Shown: positions 1 through 10,169, numbered from the stretch's first letter. The stretch: DNA of 32,000 bases from Candidatus Saccharimonadota bacterium (GCA_041941795.1 CP145872.1:481179-513178), one strand, 5' to 3'. Made by a program: numbers and translations. The notes: generated by a model not told the origin, from the sequence alone.

Positions 1-181
1 CCAATATAATATTGGTTAAAGAGTAAAAATAATTTTTACCTTCATTAAGAAGGAAGTTCTTTCCTAAAAAAGGAAAGGTTATCAGTATATAACGTTTTTC
101 AGAAATATTATAATAAACTTTATATTACATTGATGAAAAGAAGATGAGTAAAACATAAAGAATAAAGAGAATTAATTCACT

Positions 182-2854
182 ATGTTATTACAGATATTAA
201 AAAAAATTTTTGGCAGCAGAAATGATCGAATAATATTGCGCATGACCAAATTAGTTGCGTGCATTAACCACTTAGAAAAAAAATACTCTAAGCTTTCTGA
301 TAAATCATTAAAAGAAAATACTAAGTTATTTAGAGAACGGCTGGATAAAGGTGAAATACTAGACAATATTTTACCGGAAGCTTTTTCAACTGTAAGGGAA
401 GCTAGTAAACGGATATTTAATATGCGTCATTTTGATGTTCAGTTGCTTGGGGGAATAGTTTTAAATAATGGGTGTATTGCGGAAATGCCAACTGGGGAAG
501 GAAAAACATTTACAGCAACTCTTCCGGCTTATTTAAATGCTCTCCCTGGAAAAGGAGTCCATATTGTAACAGTGAATGATTATCTAGCACAAAGAGATGC
601 TGATACTAATCGTCCTCTATTTGAATTTCTAGGAATCACTATAGGACTTAACTTACCGGGCATGAACACAGCAGAAAAACAGGCAGCTTACGCGGCGGAT
701 ATTACTTATGGTACGAATAATGAATATGGTTTTGATTACTTACGGGATAATATGGCATTTAGTACTAAAAATCAGGTACAGAGACTACTCTCCTATGCTT
801 TAATAGATGAAGTAGATTCAATCTTAATTGATGAAGCTCGAACCCCTTTAATTATTTCGGGTCCGATGGAAAATAATCGCTCGGATCTATATATAAAAGT
901 GAATAATTTAATTCCCTCCTTAATCCAACAAGAAAAAGAAGATTCTGATTCTTACCAAGGAGAAGGTCATTTTTCGGTAGATGAAAAAACTAGACAGGTA
1001 TATTTAACAGAACGGGGACTAATTTTAATAGAAGAACTTTTAGTGAGGGAAGGACTAATGAAAATAGAAGAATCACTTTATTCACCCTCCAATATAATAT
1101 TAATGCAGCATGTAACGTCGGCTCTCCGTGCACATACATTATTTATTCGCAATAGAGATTATCTTGTGAAAGATGAAGAGGTAGTAATTGTAGATGAACA
1201 TACGGGACGTACTATGCCCGGGCGTCGTTGGTCGGAAGGTTTACACCAAGCGGTAGAAGCTAAAGAAGAAGTAAAAATTAAAAATGAAAATCAAACTATG
1301 GCGTCTATTACTTTTCAGAATTACTTTCGATTATATCCTAAATTATCCGGCATGACTGGTACTGCTGATACAGAAGCCTTTGAATTTCGTTCTATTTATA
1401 AATTAGATACCATTGTTATTCCTCCTAACAGGAAGATGATACGTAAAGATTTACCTGATCTAGTATATCTAAGTGAAAAAGAAAAGATTGAAGCAATAAT
1501 TCAGGATCTCAAATATCGAATTACTTATGGTCAACCGGTGTTGGTAGGAACTATTTCTATTGAAAAATCAGAGACTCTCTCTAGAGCTCTTACTATAGCT
1601 GGCATAAAACATAAAGTATTAAATGCTAAATTTCATGCTCATGAAGCGGAGATAATTTCACAAGCGGGACAACCTGGTTCAGTAACTATAGCTACTAATA
1701 TGGCAGGACGCGGCACAGATATTGTTCTAGGAGGTAGTTTACAATCTGAAATGAGTAGGATAAAAAATCCTAATCCAGATAAAATTAAAATTATTAAGAA
1801 AGCTTGGAAAGAACGCCATAATGCAGTTGTAGAAGCAGGAGGACTACATATTATAGGTACTGAACGTCATGAGTCTCGGAGAATTGACAATCAGCTCAGA
1901 GGTCGTGCAGGTAGACAGGGAGATCCCGGCTCTTCCCGATTTTACCTCTCTCTGGAAGATAGCTTGATGCGAATTTTTGCTTCCGATCGTCTAGTAGGAA
2001 TAATGCGAAAATTAGGAATTAAATCTGGTGAGGCTATAGAACATCCTTGGGTAACTAAAGCTATTGCTCATGCTCAGTGTAAAGTGGAAGGTCGAAATTT
2101 TGATTTACGTAAACAGGTATTAGAATATGATAATGTAGATAACGATCAAAGACAGGTTATTTATGCGCAGCGTAATGAGTTACTGGCCAACCCAGCAATA
2201 AGTATTACGATAGAACGTATATTTGAAGATGTGTTCAGATCCATTATTAACAGCCATATTCCTGCCCAATCTTTAAAAGAATTCTGTAATATTCCTTTAT
2301 TAGAAGATCTACTTAAGAGAGATTTTAATCTCGACTTTCCTATCACTGAATGGATCACAAAGGATGATAAAATTATTGGTACCGAAATAAGGGAAAAAAT
2401 TATTTTTCATGCCAAGCAAATATATGCCAATAAAAAATTAATAGTTAGCGCCGAAAAGATATGTAATTTAGAAAAAAATATTATGTTACAAACATTAGAT
2501 ACTCTCTGGAAAGAACATCTAGCTGCTATGGATTATCTCCGTCAAGGCATTCATTTACGTGGTTATGCGCAAAAAGATCCGACGCAAGAATATAAACGAG
2601 AATCATTTGCTATGTTTGCTACTTTACTAGAAAACATGAAATATGAGGTTGTCAGTAGACTTTATAAAATGAACTTTAATCACTTAGAACCTTTTTCGGA
2701 AACAATATCCTTATCACTTCTCTCGTATGATTCAGCAGAACAAAGTGAGAATATTCCTCCAATCCACAAAATAGGACCTAATAAACTCTGTCCTTGTGGG
2801 TCACAGAAAAAATATAAAAAATGTCACGGTCGAAAATTTAATTTTTCGAGGTAG
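182..2854 (+). CDS. secA: Preprotein translocase ATPase SecA
   Basis: The 890-aa ORF is colinear with E. coli SecA. Shared landmarks include N-terminal KxFGSRNDR, Walker [53 protein letters not shown] and the C-terminal zinc motif [14 protein letters not shown]. Confidence 0.97.
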   Translation: MLLQILKKIFGSRNDRIILRMTKLVACINHLEKKYSKLSDKSLKENTKLFRERLDKGEILDNILPEAFSTVREASKRIFNMRHFDVQLLGGIVLNNGCIAEMPTGEGKTFTATLPAYLNALPGKGVHIVTVNDYLAQRDADTNRPLFEFLGITIGLNLPGMNTAEKQAAYAADITYGTNNEYGFDYLRDNMAFSTKNQVQRLLSYALIDEVDSILIDEARTPLIISGPMENNRSDLYIKVNNLIPSLIQQEKEDSDSYQGEGHFSVDEKTRQVYLTERGLILIEELLVREGLMKIEESLYSPSNIILMQHVTSALRAHTLFIRNRDYLVKDEEVVIVDEHTGRTMPGRRWSEGLHQAVEAKEEVKIKNENQTMASITFQNYFRLYPKLSGMTGTADTEAFEFRSIYKLDTIVIPPNRKMIRKDLPDLVYLSEKEKIEAIIQDLKYRITYGQPVLVGTISIEKSETLSRALTIAGIKHKVLNAKFHAHEAEIISQAGQPGSVTIATNMAGRGTDIVLGGSLQSEMSRIKNPNPDKIKIIKKAWKERHNAVVEAGGLHIIGTERHESRRIDNQLRGRAGRQGDPGSSRFYLSLEDSLMRIFASDRLVGIMRKLGIKSGEAIEHPWVTKAIAHAQCKVEGRNFDLRKQVLEYDNVDNDQRQVIYAQRNELLANPAISITIERIFEDVFRSIINSHIPAQSLKEFCNIPLLEDLLKRDFNLDFPITEWITKDDKIIGTEIREKIIFHAKQIYANKKLIVSAEKICNLEKNIMLQTLDTLWKEHLAAMDYLRQGIHLRGYAQKDPTQEYKRESFAMFATLLENMKYEVVSRLYKMNFNHLEPFSETISLSLLSYDSAEQSENIPPIHKIGPNKLCPCGSQKKYKKCHGRKFNFSR

Positions 2855-2876
2855 AAATATTCTATACTAATTTGTT

Positions 2877-3008
2877 TTATTCTAGCAACCAGTGTTCTAA
2901 ATCACTAGTTTTACATTGTTTACTACAAAACGGACGAAAAATTTCTTTTTGTTCCCAAAAAATTTTTTTACCACAGCGGGGACATTCTACTTGGATATTA
3001 TTTATGAT
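2877..3008 (-). CDS. yacG: DNA gyrase inhibitor YacG (small zinc-finger protein); start codon uncertain
   Basis: Absent from the ORF track because it is under 60 aa. The minus-strand frame reads IINNIQVECPRCGKKIFWEQKEIFRPFCSKQCKTSDLEHWLLE*. This matches the E. coli YacG core (CPxCGK..W..FRPFCSKxC..DL..W). It is convergent with secA, as in E. coli. There is no in-frame ATG/GTG/TTG after an upstream TAA. AGGAG (3021-3017) lies 8 nt before an ATC at 3008. Confidence 0.6.
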   Translation of the reverse strand: MINNIQVECPRCGKKIFWEQKEIFRPFCSKQCKTSDLEHWLLE

Positions 3009-3331
3009 AAATTGTGCTCCTGATTATTTCATTTTTTTTTGAGAATTTTTTTATAAAAATCTATTGGCATATCATTTATGGGGAAGGATTTCAGTTACAC
3101 TCTTTTAGATGACAAATAAAAAATAATTTGACTTGTGGGATAAATATAAATACCAAATATAATTTAGTATTCATATTATGAATGTTATTCATAACAATTT
3201 TTTTTTGGGAGGTGTTAGCATGAACTGCGTAATTTTATTATTGATCCGATACTTCAAAGATTATGTCAATAATAATGTATTTCTCACATATATCAAAGGC
3301 TTATTAGCAAGTAAAGTCTAATAATTAGTTA

Positions 3332-4285
3332 TCATCCTATAATTAATCCGCGACGAAACCAGTGTTGACGTGCTTTGAGAAATTCACTAACTAGCATAGA
3401 TTTTTTACCAGCTAGTTGTAATTTTTCTATATTTAGTATTGATTGGGCGGTAGCAATTTTTATACCGTTGTTACTAACATGTAATATTTCTCCCGGTTGA
3501 TATTGATAGTTATTCCCATCTGACCATAATATTGAAGCTTTCCATACCTTAATATATTTTCCATTAATAATAAAATAGCATCCGGGCCATGGATTAAAAG
3601 CTCTAATACGACGTTCTATTTCACAAGCCGATAGTTTCCAGTCTATATATGCTTCTTCTTTAGCAATTTTTTTGGCATAAGTTGCCCTTACTTCAATTTG
3701 CGGTTTTGGAGATATAGTATTGTGTCCAAACTGTTCTAAGGTCGATAATATCCCTCTTGTCCCCAGAAAAGATAATTTCTTTAAAAGGCTGGCAGTAGTA
3801 TCGAGAGAATCAATGGGACAAGAAATTTGATTCAGAATATCTCCACTATCAATTTTATCCTTCATTTGTATAATAGTTACTCCCGTAGAGAGATCTCCCG
3901 CTAAAATAGCTTGCTGTATTGGTGAAGAGCCTCGCCATCGCGGTAAAAGAGAACAGTGCAGGTTTATAGAGCCGAAACGAGTAATATTCAGTAGATTATT
4001 AGGTAATTTTGTCCCATAAGCTACTACTACCATAATATCAGCATTAAGTGCAGACAGTTGTTGGTGCAATGTTTCGTGATTAATATTACGAGGCTGAAAA
4101 ATAGCAATATTATGTTTAAGTGCGATTTTTTTTACCGGATTATAAATTACTTGTTGACCTCGACCTACCGCTCTATCGGGTTGAGTTAAAACTCCTACCA
4201 CAATATGTTTAGAGAGAAGAACGGATAGCTGACTAGCAGCAAACTCTGGAGTGCCCGCAAAAATTACTTTCAAAAAATTAGACAT
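3332..4285 (-). CDS. fmt: Methionyl-tRNA formyltransferase
   Basis: The 317-aa ORF is colinear with E. coli Fmt (IFAGTPEFAA, TQPDR..GRG, HCSLLPRWRGSSPIQ, AFNPWP). It lies directly downstream of def, as in the def-fmt operon. Confidence 0.95.
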   Translation of the reverse strand: MSNFLKVIFAGTPEFAASQLSVLLSKHIVVGVLTQPDRAVGRGQQVIYNPVKKIALKHNIAIFQPRNINHETLHQQLSALNADIMVVVAYGTKLPNNLLNITRFGSINLHCSLLPRWRGSSPIQQAILAGDLSTGVTIIQMKDKIDSGDILNQISCPIDSLDTTASLLKKLSFLGTRGILSTLEQFGHNTISPKPQIEVRATYAKKIAKEEAYIDWKLSACEIERRIRAFNPWPGCYFIINGKYIKVWKASILWSDGNNYQYQPGEILHVSNNGIKIATAQSILNIEKLQLAGKKSMLVSEFLKARQHWFRRGLIIG

Positions 4286-4310
4286 CTCAATTAGAGATAA
4301 TTTTTTAAAT

Positions 4311-4823
4311 TTAATCTTGATTTGTGCATAACAATGTCATTTTTTTTAATTTATTAAAAATTTTTTTCTGCTTAATTGGAGTCAGGTAATCAATAAATAT
4401 TTTGCCTAAAAGATGATCCATTTCATGTTGAATACAAATAGCTAATAAATTATTTGCTTTTATCACACAAGGATTTCCTGTGATAGTTAAAGTACTAATA
4501 GTAACCTTTTTAGCCCGTGGAATAAAAGCCTTCTGTTCAGGAATAGATAAACATCCTTCTTCAATACTAATTTCCCCTTCTGTTTCTAACAATACGGGGT
4601 TAATAAGTACTAAAGGTTTATCTTTTTTTTCAGATATATCAATAACAATAATTTGTTGATGAATATTCACTTGTGTAGCAGCTAAACCTATCCCATTTTC
4701 TGTGTACATAAGAGTCAACATATTTTCCGCAATTCGCAGGATATCTTGATTTATTTTTATTACGGGCCGTGCAATTGTTCGGAGCCGCTGATCCGGATAA
4801 ATTAATAACCGCAGAGGGGACAT
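4311..4823 (-). CDS. def: Peptide deformylase
   Basis: The 170-aa ORF carries the three deformylase motifs [16 protein letters not shown] and QHEMDHL. Confidence 0.95.
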   Translation of the reverse strand: MSPLRLLIYPDQRLRTIARPVIKINQDILRIAENMLTLMYTENGIGLAATQVNIHQQIIVIDISEKKDKPLVLINPVLLETEGEISIEEGCLSIPEQKAFIPRAKKVTISTLTITGNPCVIKANNLLAICIQHEMDHLLGKIFIDYLTPIKQKKIFNKLKKMTLLCTNQD

Positions 4824-4949
4824 AAAATTAGTCTCTTAGTAGTAATAAGGAAAATATGAAATTATTATTGATAATGATATCACATCTAAGATACTTAGTA
4901 TATCATTACTAATGATTAATATCTCCGGACCGCAAAAAGAGAACAAATC

Positions 4950-5519
4950 ATGACCCAATATAAATCTATCACGTTTTGTTTGAAAAATCTCCACGAAGAA
5001 AAAATTATAGCTTACCCTACAGAAGGAGTTTTTGGTTTAGGTTGTGATCCAGATAGCAAAAAAGCAGTTATGAGTCTGCAGACTTTAAAAAAACGTTCTT
5101 TATCCAAGGGTTTTATATTGGTAGCAGCGAATTACCAACAGTTAACACCTTATATTGAAAGTGAAAAATTATCTGATGAGCACCGCGTACAACTATATTC
5201 ACAGAATAATTCTGCAGCATTCACATGGGTAGTGCCAGCTAGGATTCAGACTCCAGCTTGGCTTACGGGCTCATTGAATTCAATCGCTATACGTATTAGT
5301 AAGCATGAAGCAATTATCCAATTATGCAAAGCTTTTAAAAAACCATTAGTCTCTACTAGCGCTAATGTATCAGGTAGTCCTCCTTGTCGTTCTCTAGAAG
5401 AAATAAGATCTCAATTTGGATATGAATTACCAGTATATCCTGGTAATATTGGAGAACTACAGCATCCTACCGAAATTAAGGATTTATTTTCGGGTAAAAT
5501 TATTCGTCGGGGTGGATAA
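4950..5519 (+). CDS. tsaC: L-threonylcarbamoyladenylate synthase TsaC (YrdC/RimN)
   Basis: The 189-aa ORF is colinear with E. coli TsaC (IAYPTEGVFGLGCDPDS, KPLVSTSANVSGSPPCR). Its stop overlaps the aroE start (TAATG), keeping the E. coli tsaC-aroE adjacency. Confidence 0.9.
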   Translation: MTQYKSITFCLKNLHEEKIIAYPTEGVFGLGCDPDSKKAVMSLQTLKKRSLSKGFILVAANYQQLTPYIESEKLSDEHRVQLYSQNNSAAFTWVVPARIQTPAWLTGSLNSIAIRISKHEAIIQLCKAFKKPLVSTSANVSGSPPCRSLEEIRSQFGYELPVYPGNIGELQHPTEIKDLFSGKIIRRGG

Positions 5520-6370
5520 TGTTTAATAATTATGATTATACTTTTGCCATTTTTGGCTATCCCATAAAACATAGTAAATCCCCGCGTATTTATCAGTTGT
5601 TTGCTAATCAATTTCATATTTACTCTCACAGTTATGGAAAAATTCAGACAAGTAGAGAATATTTTTCCGATAGATTAAATGCGTTTTTTTCGGGGAGTAT
5701 CGCGAAAGGCGCTAATATCACTATGCCCTTTAAGCAACAAGCGTATAGTTTAGCCAATATTTTGACCGAACGTGCTTTGTTAGCGGGTTCAGTTAATACT
5801 CTTAAGAAGTTAGAAAACGATCACTTAGTAGGAGATAATACAGATGGAATTGGTTTACTTAGTGATCTCAAAAGACTCCACTTAATTCATCCTCAAGATA
5901 ATATCTTGATTCTGGGAGCAGGAGGAGCAGCTTATGGGATAATTTTACCTTTATTATATTATAATTGTTCGATTATGGTTACTAATCGTACTTTCATCCG
6001 AGCCCAAAACATGGCTCTAAGATTTAGAGCTTACGGTAATATTACAGCAGTAGATATAAATAAATTGAGTGAATTACGAGTTGACTTAATAATTAATGCT
6101 ACTTCCTGTAGTGTAAATGGGATAATGCCTTTCTTACCAAGAAAAGTAATATCTTCTCACACATGTTGTTATGATTTATTTTATCAAAATAACTTAACAC
6201 CCTTTTTACAGTGGGGTAAGGAACAAGGAGCTAAATATTGTGCTGATGGTTTAGGTATGTTAGTAGCACAAGCCGCATATGCTTTTTTACTATGGTATGG
6301 GGTCTTGCCAGACATTTCATCCGTTATTAAAACTCTCCAGGAGGAGCAGATCAGCAGGAGCAGGTCATAA
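5519..6370 (+). CDS. aroE: Shikimate dehydrogenase
   Basis: The 283-aa ORF is colinear with E. coli AroE (FGYPIKHSKSP, GANITMPFK, GDNTDGIGLLSDL, GAGGAA, ADGLGMLVAQAA). Confidence 0.92.
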   Translation: MFNNYDYTFAIFGYPIKHSKSPRIYQLFANQFHIYSHSYGKIQTSREYFSDRLNAFFSGSIAKGANITMPFKQQAYSLANILTERALLAGSVNTLKKLENDHLVGDNTDGIGLLSDLKRLHLIHPQDNILILGAGGAAYGIILPLLYYNCSIMVTNRTFIRAQNMALRFRAYGNITAVDINKLSELRVDLIINATSCSVNGIMPFLPRKVISSHTCCYDLFYQNNLTPFLQWGKEQGAKYCADGLGMLVAQAAYAFLLWYGVLPDISSVIKTLQEEQISRSRS

Positions 6371-6431
6371 TAAATTTTAATAATGATGCACACACAATAT
6401 CTCTTCCATATTAAAGTAGTATGAGTGATTT

Positions 6432-6504
6432 AGGGGCGTAGTTCAATAGGCAGAACATCGGTCTCCAAAACCGGAGGTTGGGGGTTCGATTCCCTTCGCC
6501 CCTG
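6432..6504 (+). tRNA. trpT: tRNA-Trp (anticodon CCA)
   Basis: AGGGGCGTAGTTCAATAGG...GGTCTCCAAAACCGG...GGGGTTCGATTCCCTTCGCCCCTG is near-identical to E. coli tRNA-Trp. The anticodon loop is CTCCAAA. The 3' CCA is not encoded (TAA follows). It sits next to hdfR, as trpT does in E. coli. Confidence 0.93.
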
Positions 6505-6534
6505 TAATTTATTTAAGATTACATGAAATATTCA

Positions 6535-7380
6535 TCAAAATTTAAACTTAAAATTATTAATAGACCATTTAAGTAATTTTTGGATTTGTTTTGTTTGAGT
6601 ACTATTTGGTAGCCAGATGGCGTATAAAGGACGGGTGATTAGTGGTATATGCGTTATAGCTATCAATTCTGGATAAATTTTATTCCAGAAATTAGGTAAA
6701 AAAGCACATGCATTTATGCTCGGTAATAACTGACGTGTTAAATGTGCGGAAGATGTCATTAATACAGGTAATAACTGTATTCCAGTCCTCGTAAGAAGAT
6801 CAGGATGAGAACCATCATCTCCCCACTCTAGATCTATATAATTATAATGATTATTAGGTAGTACTACTATTGTCCGGAACAATTGGAGTGATATAGTTCC
6901 TAGTTTAGTACTGACTATTCCTCCCATTTTAGGAACATCAGTAGTAATTAACATGTCTAGTTGATGGTCATGTAATTGTTTGATGAGTAAACTACGGGAT
7001 GCCATTCGCACATCGATATACAACGAGTTTTCTTGATTGTGATCATAAATGGATTTTAACCATGCAGTTAAATAAGCTTCCCACACTGAAGCACTAGTTC
7101 CAATGGATAATTGATAATAGTGTTGAGCATATATAACGTTTTTTTTAGCGGATAACCAGAAGTTGAGCATGCTATTCGCATAAGGAACTAATCGTATACC
7201 CGCTGCAGTCAATCTAATCTTGTTACGGTGTCGGGTAAAAAGAATTACTCCTAGTTGGTTTTCGAGCTGACGAATACGAAAACTAACCGCGGATTGAGTT
7301 AGGTAAAGTAGTTCCGCAGCTTTACCAAAATGTAAAGTTCTACTTACCTCTAAAAAAGTTTTTAATAATTCGGTATTCAC
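6535..7380 (-). CDS. hdfR: LysR-type transcriptional regulator HdfR
   Basis: It is colinear with E. coli HdfR (YifA) across TELLKTFLEVSRT.HFG.AAE.LYLTQSAVSFRIRQLENQLGV.LFTRHRN.IRLTAAG, QLD.LITT..PKM and RPLYAIWL.NS. I place the start at GTG 7380 (MNTELLKTF, with GGAG 7 nt upstream), not at the ORF-track ATG 7440. Confidence 0.8.
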   Translation of the reverse strand: MNTELLKTFLEVSRTLHFGKAAELLYLTQSAVSFRIRQLENQLGVILFTRHRNKIRLTAAGIRLVPYANSMLNFWLSAKKNVIYAQHYYQLSIGTSASVWEAYLTAWLKSIYDHNQENSLYIDVRMASRSLLIKQLHDHQLDMLITTDVPKMGGIVSTKLGTISLQLFRTIVVLPNNHYNYIDLEWGDDGSHPDLLTRTGIQLLPVLMTSSAHLTRQLLPSINACAFLPNFWNKIYPELIAITHIPLITRPLYAIWLPNSTQTKQIQKLLKWSINNFKFKF

Positions 7381-7517
7381 TAGTTTCTCCAATAAAAAAT
7401 TTTTATTTTTATAAAACTTTTTAAGTTTACACTTTATCAATCTTATCTAAGACTATGCCGCGGATATTTGCGAGAATGGGCATAAATATGCCTAAAATAA
7501 TATTAGGATGACATATC

Positions 7518-7830
7518 ATGAATGGAGAAGTTGTTTCAAACAATTATTTTGTTGATAAAAATTATTACCTGAATTTTCCCATCATGATAATTTGACTCTT
7601 AAAGAAGCTCAGAGATGATAAATATCTGGTAGTACCTTCTCCATGTTAGAGGGGTCAAAAAAGCAAAACTGTCAATGATGAAGAACCCAAAATTTGTCGA
7701 GGTATAATATCGTTGAAACCCTTCTTCCACTACTTCGTACGAATAATGGTGGATCAAATATCTTACCTGTATTAGGAGTAGGATAACTAAAATAGTTTCT
7801 CGGTAGGAAAATACTTTATGCAAGAAGATT
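7518..7830 (+). pseudogene. maoP: Decayed maoP/yifE (Ori macrodomain protein) with frameshifts and in-frame stops
   Basis: From ATG 7518 the frame reads MNGEVVSNNYFVDKNYY (cf. E. coli [21 protein letters not shown]). After a shift near 7570 it reads EFSHHDNLTLKEAQR** (cf. GFSRHGDFTIKEAQLL). A third frame reads RGQKSKTVNDEEPKICRG, preceded by a TAG (cf. GKREPVTEEEKLFVAVCRG). It is divergent from hdfR, as in E. coli. The 3' limit is approximate. Confidence 0.55.
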
Positions 7831-8326
7831 ATTTAGATAACGATCCTTAACATAAAGCACTCTAAGTTTCGAGGAAATTAAAAGTTATTATGATATATGA
7901 ATGATATAATTAAATTGATCATCGGCTAATTTATATTTATTCATAATATCATTATATGATTACGCCATAATTTTTTACTTAAATATAAAAGGTAAAGTAT
8001 GAACTTTTCATCTATAATAAGAAGAAAATATTCTATGCGTCTATAGAAAAATAGTTAGATGGAAGTTATTAACTCCTACTCTGACTGCTCCGAGTAGGTA
8101 CCAATGTTCTCTCCTGGAGTGTTTAGTTATTTTCACCTGTATTCCTTTATCTCCGGTGCTTTATCTACGAAGTAAGTATGGTATATTATAAAAAAGTAGG
8201 TTCAACAAATAATCAAAAGGCTCAAGAAAGAGCGAAAAATAAAATTTAACTCGTCGATAAGAAGTGATCTAAGTATTGATGGGTTAAAATTTTTATGCTA
8301 AAAAGGATACACTTGTGGAGAACAAC

Positions 8327-8671
8327 ATGAGCGATAAAATTATTTACGTTCACGATAATAATTTTGAAGACTATGTGTTAAAGGAAGATAATAGAGTCAC
8401 TCTAGTAGAGTTTTGGGCAGAATGGTGTGGTCCCTGTAAAGGAATGGCCCCTCTTTTAGAGGAAATAGCTGAAGAATATAAACACCAGCTCAATGTGGCA
8501 AAATTAAATGTAGATAAAAATCCTGTTACAACACAAAAATATGAAATTAGAGGAATTCCTACTTTATTAGTTTTTAAAAATGGAAAATTATTAGACACCA
8601 AAGTAGGAATTTTAACCCTAGGAAAAATGAAAGAATTTTTGAATCAATTTTTGATTAAAGATCCGGAGTAG
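8327..8671 (+). CDS. trxA: Thioredoxin 1
   Basis: MSDKIIYV...[10 protein letters not shown]...[11 protein letters not shown] is colinear with E. coli TrxA and has the WCGPC active site. I prefer ATG 8327 (GGAG 6 nt upstream) over the ORF-track GTG 8315. Confidence 0.95.
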   Translation: MSDKIIYVHDNNFEDYVLKEDNRVTLVEFWAEWCGPCKGMAPLLEEIAEEYKHQLNVAKLNVDKNPVTTQKYEIRGIPTLLVFKNGKLLDTKVGILTLGKMKEFLNQFLIKDPE

Positions 8672-8878
8672 TCTGCTTCGGAACATTATATTTTATTGCT
8701 CCTAAGAACAAGAGTTGCCGAAATGTGCACATTATCCACCCAGAGATTTGGCAATTAAATTATCTAGTTATTTATATTTAATCGTAAATATTTTTAAGTT
8801 CATATATATTATGAATTAGAAAATATCATAGAACTCAACTCATTAGTTAAAATGATCCCGATTTAAAGAACCACCATT

Positions 8879-10138
8879 ATGAATCTTACCGAATTAAAAA
8901 ATAGGCCGGTCTCCGAACTAATTACTTTAGGGGATAGTATGGGTCTAGAAAATCTAGCACGTATACGTAAACAAGACATGATTTTTGCTATATTAAAACA
9001 ACATTCTAAAAGTGGAGAAGATATATTTGGCGATGGTGTCTTGGAAATATTACAGGATGGTTTTGGTTTTCTACGATCGGTAGACAGTTCCTATCTGGCA
9101 GGTCCAGATGATATTTATGTGTCTCCTAGTCAAATTAGAAGATTTAATCTTCGTACCGGAGATACTATTGCTGGTAAAATTCGACCTCCAAAAGATGGAG
9201 AACGGTATTTCGCATTGTTAAAAGTTAAGGAAGTAAATTGTGAAAAACCAGAAAGTTCCAGAATCAAAATATTGTTTGAAAATTTAACTCCGTTACATGC
9301 AAATAGACGATTACGTATGGAACGCGGCAATGGTTCGACTGAAGACTTAACTGCCAGAGTATTAGATTTAGCGTCCCCTATAGGTTGTGGACAACGAGGT
9401 TTAATTGTAGCTCCACCCAAAGCCGGCAAAACCATTTTATTACAAAATATAGCACAAAGTGTAGCTTATAATCATCCTGAATGTATTTTAATGGTCTTAC
9501 TTATTGATGAACGACCTGAAGAAGTAACTGAGATGCACCGACTAGTCAAAGGAGACGTAATGGCATCTACATTTGATGAGCCTGCAACTAGACATGTACA
9601 AGTAGCGGAGATGGTTATTGAAAAAGCCAAACGTTTAGTGGAACACAAAAAAGATGTGATTATTTTGCTAGATTCAATTACACGACTGGCACGAGCTTAT
9701 AATACAGTAGTACCAGCATCGGGCAAAATATTAACCGGAGGCGTAGATTCCAATGCACTTCACCGTCCTAAAAGATTTTTCGGGGCCGCTCGGAATGTAG
9801 AAGAAGGTGGAAGTTTAACTATCATAGCTACTGCACTTATTGATACAGGTTCCAAAATGGATGAAATTATTTATGAAGAATTTAAAGGTACTGGTAATAT
9901 GGAATTACATTTAGCCCGAAAAATTGCAGAAAAAAGAGTCTTTCCAGCTATTGATTATAATAGATCCGGTACTCGTAAAGAAGAATTATTAACTTCAGTG
10001 GAAGATCTTCACAAGATGTGGATCTTACGAAAAATTATTCATCCTATGTCTGAAATTGAAGCCATAGAATTTATTATTAATAAACTATCCATGACTAAAA
10101 CCAATCAGGAATTTTTTAATATGATGAAACGACATTAA
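8879..10138 (+). CDS. rho: Transcription termination factor Rho
   Basis: The 419-aa ORF has the same length as E. coli Rho and is almost colinear with it ([15 protein letters not shown], Walker [34 protein letters not shown]). Confidence 0.98.
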   Translation: MNLTELKNRPVSELITLGDSMGLENLARIRKQDMIFAILKQHSKSGEDIFGDGVLEILQDGFGFLRSVDSSYLAGPDDIYVSPSQIRRFNLRTGDTIAGKIRPPKDGERYFALLKVKEVNCEKPESSRIKILFENLTPLHANRRLRMERGNGSTEDLTARVLDLASPIGCGQRGLIVAPPKAGKTILLQNIAQSVAYNHPECILMVLLIDERPEEVTEMHRLVKGDVMASTFDEPATRHVQVAEMVIEKAKRLVEHKKDVIILLDSITRLARAYNTVVPASGKILTGGVDSNALHRPKRFFGAARNVEEGGSLTIIATALIDTGSKMDEIIYEEFKGTGNMELHLARKIAEKRVFPAIDYNRSGTRKEELLTSVEDLHKMWILRKIIHPMSEIEAIEFIINKLSMTKTNQEFFNMMKRH

Positions 10139-10169
10139 ATAAGATCATAGTTCTTAAGAAGATTAATGA

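Noticed and set aside
172-366. A 64-aa minus-strand ORF overlaps the secA start. Similar antisense ORFs occur at 2161-2358, 5411-5629, 6184-6393, 8371-8601, 9130-9435, 11347-11532, 14219-14413 (same strand, other frame), 17369-17608, 17601-17783, 19345-19533, 20179-20403, 24308-24505 and 27666-27998.
   Set aside because: Each lies entirely or mostly inside a well-supported conserved gene on the opposite strand or in another frame. They have low-complexity composition typical of AT-rich shadow ORFs, and none shows a recognisable motif.
6535-7440. Reading the LysR gene next to tRNA-Trp as ilvY, because of the nearby ilv region in E. coli.
   Set aside because: The sequence matches HdfR (TELLKTFLEVSRT.HFG...SFRIRQLENQLGV) far better than IlvY. 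The trpT-hdfR-yifE neighbourhood agrees with that assignment.
7599-7823. A 74-aa minus-strand ORF in the hdfR-trxA spacer.
   Set aside because: It is antisense to the recognisable maoP/yifE fossil on the plus strand and has no RBS or motif. It is best explained as a chance ORF across a pseudogene.
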